From: Macrostomum hystrix
Lineage: Eukaryota > Animalia > Platyhelminthes
NCBI GenBank assembly: GCA_950097015.1
Contig: CATNEN010000030.1
Span: 434,001 to 498,000, forward strand
Length of the DNA: 64,000 nucleotides
Direction of reading: 5' to 3'
Shown here: piece after piece, positions 58,776 through 64,000 of the stretch
Position numbering within the stretch: position 1 is the first letter of the stretch
Layout of the letters: each line of letters starts with the position of its first letter
Translations under genes and position numbers: made by a program
Notes under the pieces: generated by a model
Told to the model about the DNA's origin: nothing
The model's database searches: none
Seen by the model: only the letters and a program-made list of their open reading frames with translations

Positions 58776-61442
58776 ATGTCCAGCTGGTTTGGCAGCTGGG
58801 ATGTCGGCAAATTGCAGTCGGCAACTTCAAAGGCGTTGAAATCTGCGCAGAAGCGCATTGACAAAGCGCTTGACATTCACGACGAGGCGGCAGCGGCCGG
58901 CGCTGGAATTCCCAGCGAGGATTTCTTTGGCCAGTACGGCATCGTTACGGAGGCCTCGTCTTCGGCTAGTCCCAAATTGCCGCCAACTTCTTCGTCGGCA
59001 TCGGCTGACTTATTTGGCGGTCGTTCCTCGCCTGTCGTCGGCGGAGGCGGAAGCAGCAGCGGAAGCGGCCTCCATCGAATGCCGAGTGCCACCAGGATGG
59101 ACGCTTCAATGGTTGGCGATTGGGTGTCCGAGTCCATTATGCTGACTTCAACGTCTGGCTTGGAGGCGGTGGCCGACAGCGGCGGAGTTGCGGACAATGC
59201 CGACTTGGCCGGCGGCACAGTGAGACAGCGGTCGGACTTTTTTAGCTCGTTCGGCGTTGAGCCAGACGCTGACAAATCGGATCGAAATCTTCTGTCTGCG
59301 GAGATTGAGCCAAAGAAGCAGCTTAGAGAGAATGATGAACAGCTAATAAAGCAAGACAGTGAGGAAACTCAACGTAGACGAGAGGAGCAAAAACGAAAAC
59401 GAGAAAACAAAATAATATTTAAGGAGCAGGAGCAGAGAAGAAAACAGGAGGATGAAGGAGCATTGCAGCAGAAGCTGGAGCTCAAGCGGCAGCTGGATGA
59501 GGAATCGAAAAGAGAGCAGGAACTGAAGATGGAGAGAGAGGAAGAGCTGCGACGACAGCAACGGATTGAAAAGCAGCAGAAAGAGGAACTGCAAAGACAA
59601 AAAGAGCAGGAGCTCCAGAGACAGGAGCTGCTAAGAAAACAAGAAGAGGAGCTCCAAAGACAGCAAGAACATGAGCTCCAAAGACAGCAAGAACAGGAGC
59701 TCCAAAGACAGCAAGAAGAGGAGCTTCAGAGACAGCAAGAACAGGAGGTCCAAAGACAGCAAGAAGAGGAGCTTCAGAGACAGCAAGAACAGGAGCTCCA
59801 AAGACAGCAAGAACAGGAGCTCCAAAGACAGCAAGAAGAGGAGCTTCAGAGACAGCAAGAACAGGAGCTCCAAAGACAAAAAGAGCAGGAACTCCAGAAA
59901 CAGCAAGAACTAAAGCTTCAAATACATCAAGAACAGGAACTTCGGAGACAGCAAGAACAGGAGCTCAAGAGACAGCAAGAGCAGGAGCTCCAGAGACAAC
60001 AAGAGCAGGAGCTCCAGATGCAACAAGAACAGGAGCTCCAGAGACAGCAAGAACAGGAGCTCCAGAGACAGCAAGAACAGGAGCTCCAGATGCAACAAGA
60101 GAAGGAGCTCCAGATGCAACAAGAACAGGAGCTCCAGAGACAGCAAGAACAGGAGCTCCAAAGACAGCAAGAACAGGAGCTCCAGAGACAGCAAGAACAG
60201 GAGCTCCAAAGACAGCAAGAACAGGAGCTCCAGAGACAGCAAGAACAGGAGCTCCAAAGACAGCAAGAACAGGAGCTCCAAAGACAGCAAGAACAGGAGC
60301 TCCAGAGACAGCAAGAGGAGACTAGGCACCAGCAAGAGCTTCAGGAAAGTCTGCGTGAAGAGACAGTGCAACGAATCGAGCAAGACAGACGGGTTGAAGA
60401 GACGCAAACAAAAATTGAGGAAGTGCAAAAAGAAGAGGAGCTTAGAAAGTTGGAAGATCTGCAGTTAGATCAGGCAGAACGAGAAACCGATATTCAACAG
60501 ACGCGGCCAACCAATACTGCAGACTCAGAAATCTTTGACGACGACGATGATGTGTTGAATCAAACGCTCAGACCGGACGAATCGGCTATGTATGCACACA
60601 ATTTACCGCACAGCTTTGATGAACAGCTTGTTTATAAATCAATAATGGCTACCTCTAGTGCTGGCTTGACTGAGTCCGATACTCAAGCGACGCTGACGGC
60701 GAAGGATGGTGAACCAGTTAATGTCGACGAAGCTGAGGAGCATCCAGCTGACGGTGCAACGATTGTTCCAGAGCCGTCCGGTGAAGCTGACAAACAGCTG
60801 GAGATAAGCAGCCACTCCGAAAGTTTAACCTTGTCGTCCAGCATGAGCGACTCAACATTGACTTCAATGCCGCAAAGCGTCACGGATTTCGAGACTTTGG
60901 CGCCGACTGCAGCGGCTGCGGCTGCTGCCGCTGTTGCAGCAGCCGCTGCCAAATCAGCCGCCACGCCTGGCCTAGCTGCTGATGTGCAATGGGAACAGCA
61001 ATTTCACGCCGACACTGTCCTCGTGACATCCGCCGATAACGACGACGAAGATGTAGATGATGCCGATCTAGAACTGGACGAGGCCAGCAAAGCCTCCTGC
61101 GAGTCGTCCAGCCGTTCCTCTGGGCACGAGCAGAACGGCAGCGGCAGCGGCAGCAGCGGCCGGGGACACGCAGCCAGATTGCGCGCCACACCAGACGAAG
61201 CCTCCAGCTCCGTCATCGGCGGAGTCGCCTCCTCGAATGCGGCATCCGCTGCGGCTGGCGAGGCTCATTCCAGCAATTCTTCTGACGTTGAAGTGATCAG
61301 TGTCAGCGCTGCCAGCATGTGCTCGCCTGTGACGCCGCACAGTTCCCGGCCGGCCGGGCATGCTAGCCAGCACCATCGCAGCGAGAGCGACAGCAGCTTC
61401 TTGTCGCTGGACGAGGCCGATCATTCGGCTGTGCTACAAAAG
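58776..61442 (+). CDS. TMF1: TATA element modulatory factor / golgin TMF1, first exon only; contains a Q/E coding repeat
   Basis: The N-terminus MSSWFGSW...ATSKALKSAQKRIDKALDI matches the TMF1 N-terminal motif; donor AAG|gtaagc at 61442/61443. The downstream coiled-coil exons were not identified in the window. Confidence 0.75.
59585..60320 (+). repeat. 24-bp coding minisatellite encoding (QQEQELQR)n
   Basis: About 30 in-frame units of cagcaagaacaggagctccaaaga. Confidence 0.95.
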
Positions 61443-61519
61443 GTAAGCCTTGAGTTTCTGTCCGCTCTTTGTTTAATCCTGAACTCAATTGAAACGGGAG
61501 TCCCTATTTCGGGTGGTTG

Positions 61520-61985
61520 CTAATCTCTCCTTACATCCCATCTAATTGTGTGCCGCTAAGCTGTCTTTAAGGTGGGCCGCTAATATCTCTTTATATCCCA
61601 TCAACAGGTGGGCCGCTAATCTCTCTTTATATCCCATCAACAGGTGGGCCGCTAATCTCTCTTTATATCCCATCAACAGGTGGGCCGCTAATCTCTCTTT
61701 ATATCCCATCAACAGGTGGGCCGCTAATCTCTCTTTATATCCCATCAACAGGTGGGCCGCTAATCTCTCTTTATATCCCATCAACAAGTGGGCCGCTAAT
61801 CTCTCTTTATATCCCATCAACAGGTGGGCCGCTAATCTCTCTTTATATCCCATCAACAGGTGGGCCGCTAATCTCTCTTTATATCCCATCAACAGGTGGG
61901 CCGCTAATCTCTCTTTATATCCCATCAACAGGTGGGCCGCTAATCTCTCTTTATATCCCATCAACAGGTGGGCCGCTAATCTCAC
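61520..61985. repeat. 36-bp minisatellite in TMF1 intron 1 (caggtgggccgctaatctctctttatatcccatcaa)
   Basis: About 11 near-perfect units plus degenerate edge copies. Confidence 0.96.
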
Positions 61986-62769
61986 TTTCCATCTCCCTTC
62001 TTCAGGTTGGGTCGGAAGCGGAATCGGTTTTTTGTTGATACAATTTGCTCCAGTCTAATAATAGAATAGATAGTTAATAATAGCTACTTACAATATTTGA
62101 TCGCGATGTTGTGTAGAAAGCTTGTAGAGCTGGGTTCGAAATCTAATATTGTTGTCATCTCCCATTTCGCTATTTTATTATTTTATGTCATTTAACACAT
62201 ACAGTCTGATCTGCTACTAACCAATAACAAATGTTATAAATAGTTAAATGGGTACGCATAAGTTAATGTCTGTGACTTGAAATTACTAGCTTGATTTTGG
62301 GTTGAATTTATTTTTCTTTTTTATTGTTTATTTCTTAAATAGCTTCCATATTGACGCCTATAGGAAAAATTCACATATTGAAGCCGACCACAACAATGTT
62401 AGTTTCGCATGCTTGTCAATGTATGCCTCACTAATTTTTTTGCTCTTCTTTAGACAACCAGGAGCAAAAAACTAGTCGATAATCAGTAAATAAGCATAAT
62501 GTAACGCTTTACTGATCGTTAATTTTCCCCAATTGAACGCGTTTTCAGCATCATTTCTCGGCAATGCAGGTATTTATAAATACGCTTTCATGACGCATCT
62601 GTAGTGTGTGATCGTCGAGTTGCGATCATGATAACTGTCTTTCTATGTTGCTTCAAGCTATTTAGGCCCATATCTAAGCTATCTAGAGTTAATTCTGTAC
62701 GCTAGTATAAATAAAAGTCCATATTTCTCAATGTCATTTAAAATCTATTCTATTGATTCAATGATGTCT

Positions 62770-64000
62770 CTTCATTATTCAAATCGTCTCTTTCTTATGA
62801 GAATCGTCTCTTTCTTATGAGAATCGTCTCTTCATTATTCAAATCGTCTCTTTCTTATGAGAATCGTCTCTTCAGTATGATAATCGTCTCTTCATTATGA
62901 GAATATTCTGTTTCTTATGAGAATCGTCTATTCATTATGAGAATATTCTGTTTCTTATGAGAATCGTCTATTCATTATGAGAATCGTCTCTTCATTATGA
63001 GAATCGTCTCTTTCTTATGAGAATCGTCTATTCATTATGATAATCGTCTTCTTCTTATGAGAATCGTCTCTTCAGTATGATAATCGTCTCTTCATTATGA
63101 GAATCGTCTCTTTCCTTATGAGAATCGTCTCTTTCTTATGAGAATCGTCTCTTTCTTATGAGAATCGTCTCTTTCTTATGAGAATCGTCTCTTTCTTATG
63201 AGAATCGTCTATTCATTATGAGAATCGTCTCTTTCTTATGAGAATCGTCTCTTTCTTATGAGAATCGTCTCTTCAGTATGATAATCGTCTCTTCATTATG
63301 AGAATCGTCTCTTCATTATGAGAATCGTCTCTTCATTATGAGAATCGTCTCTTTCTTATGAGAATCGTCTCTTTCTTATGAGAATCGTCTCTTTCTTATG
63401 AGAATCGTCTCTTCAGTATGATAATCGTCTCTTCATTATGAGAATCGTCTCTTTCTTATGAGAATCGTCTCTTTCTTATGAGAATCGTCTCTTTCTTATG
63501 AGAATCGTCTCTTTCTTATGAGAATCGTCTATTCATTATGAGAATCGTCTCTTTCTTATGAGAATCGTCTCTTTCTTATGAGAATCGTCTCTTTCTTATG
63601 AGAATCGTCTCTTTCTTATGAGAATCGTCTCTTTCTTATGAGAATCGTCTCTTTCTTATGAGAATCGTCTCTTCATTATGAGAATCGTCTCTTTCTTATG
63701 AGAATCGTCTCTTCAGTATGATAATCGTCTCTTCATTATGAGAATCGTCTCTTTCTTATGAGAATCGTCTCTTTCTTATGAAAATCGTCTCTTTCTTATG
63801 AGAATCGTCTCTTTCTTATGAGAATCGTCTATTCATTATGAGAATCGTCTCTTTCTTATGAGAATCGTCTCTTTCTTATGAGAATCGTCTCTTTCTTATG
63901 AGAATCGTCTCTTTCTTATGAGAATCGTCTCTTTCTTATGAGAATCGTCTCTTTCCTTATGAGAATCGTCTATTCATTATGAGAATCGTCTCTTTCTTAT
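62770..64000. repeat. 20-bp minisatellite (atgagaatcgtctctttctt) running off the window
   Basis: About 60 units read directly. Confidence 0.96.

Noticed and set aside
62006-62038. TMF1 exon 2 starting at 62006
   Set aside because: It reads VGSEAESVFC-stop with no TMF1 coiled-coil similarity; it may be a terminal, recursive or mis-assembled site, so it is not annotated as coding.
1-64000. A spliced-leader RNA gene in the window
   Set aside because: No sequence with a leader ending ATG|GT followed by an Sm site was recognised; the trans-splicing inference rests on gene structure only.

Overview
Eukaryotic, intron-containing genomic DNA with GC-rich exons and AT-rich or minisatellite-filled introns and spacers. 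The style, TTAGGG repeats and apparent spliced-leader dependence suggest a free-living flatworm such as Macrostomum; this is inference, not a database match. Eleven protein-coding genes are recognisable: a SAMD1-like gene (+); a same-strand run ELP2 > EXOSC4 > atypical DUSP > BABAM1 > PUS10 (+); an LRR plus ZU5-like gene (-); and a second same-strand run EFL1 > VAMP > TIMELESS > TMF1 (+, TMF1 incomplete). About a quarter of the window is minisatellite, with a different unit in almost every spacer and large intron. Two tRNA-derived SINE families, a mariner-type MITE and other short insertions are present, some nested. The most notable observations are: (i) three genes have no ATG of their own but open in phase 0 right at an acceptor, as expected if a spliced leader donates the AUG; (ii) 9 of 16 mapped introns are phase 0 at AG|GT; (iii) some minisatellites are tandem arrays of splice signals, most clearly ten branch point-pyrimidine tract-CAG|GT units in the TMF1 intron; (iv) a SINE insertion duplicated an EFL1 splice donor. 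Three single-base frameshifts (BABAM1, PUS10, LRR gene) look like assembly insertions. All gene models were read by eye and need transcript confirmation.
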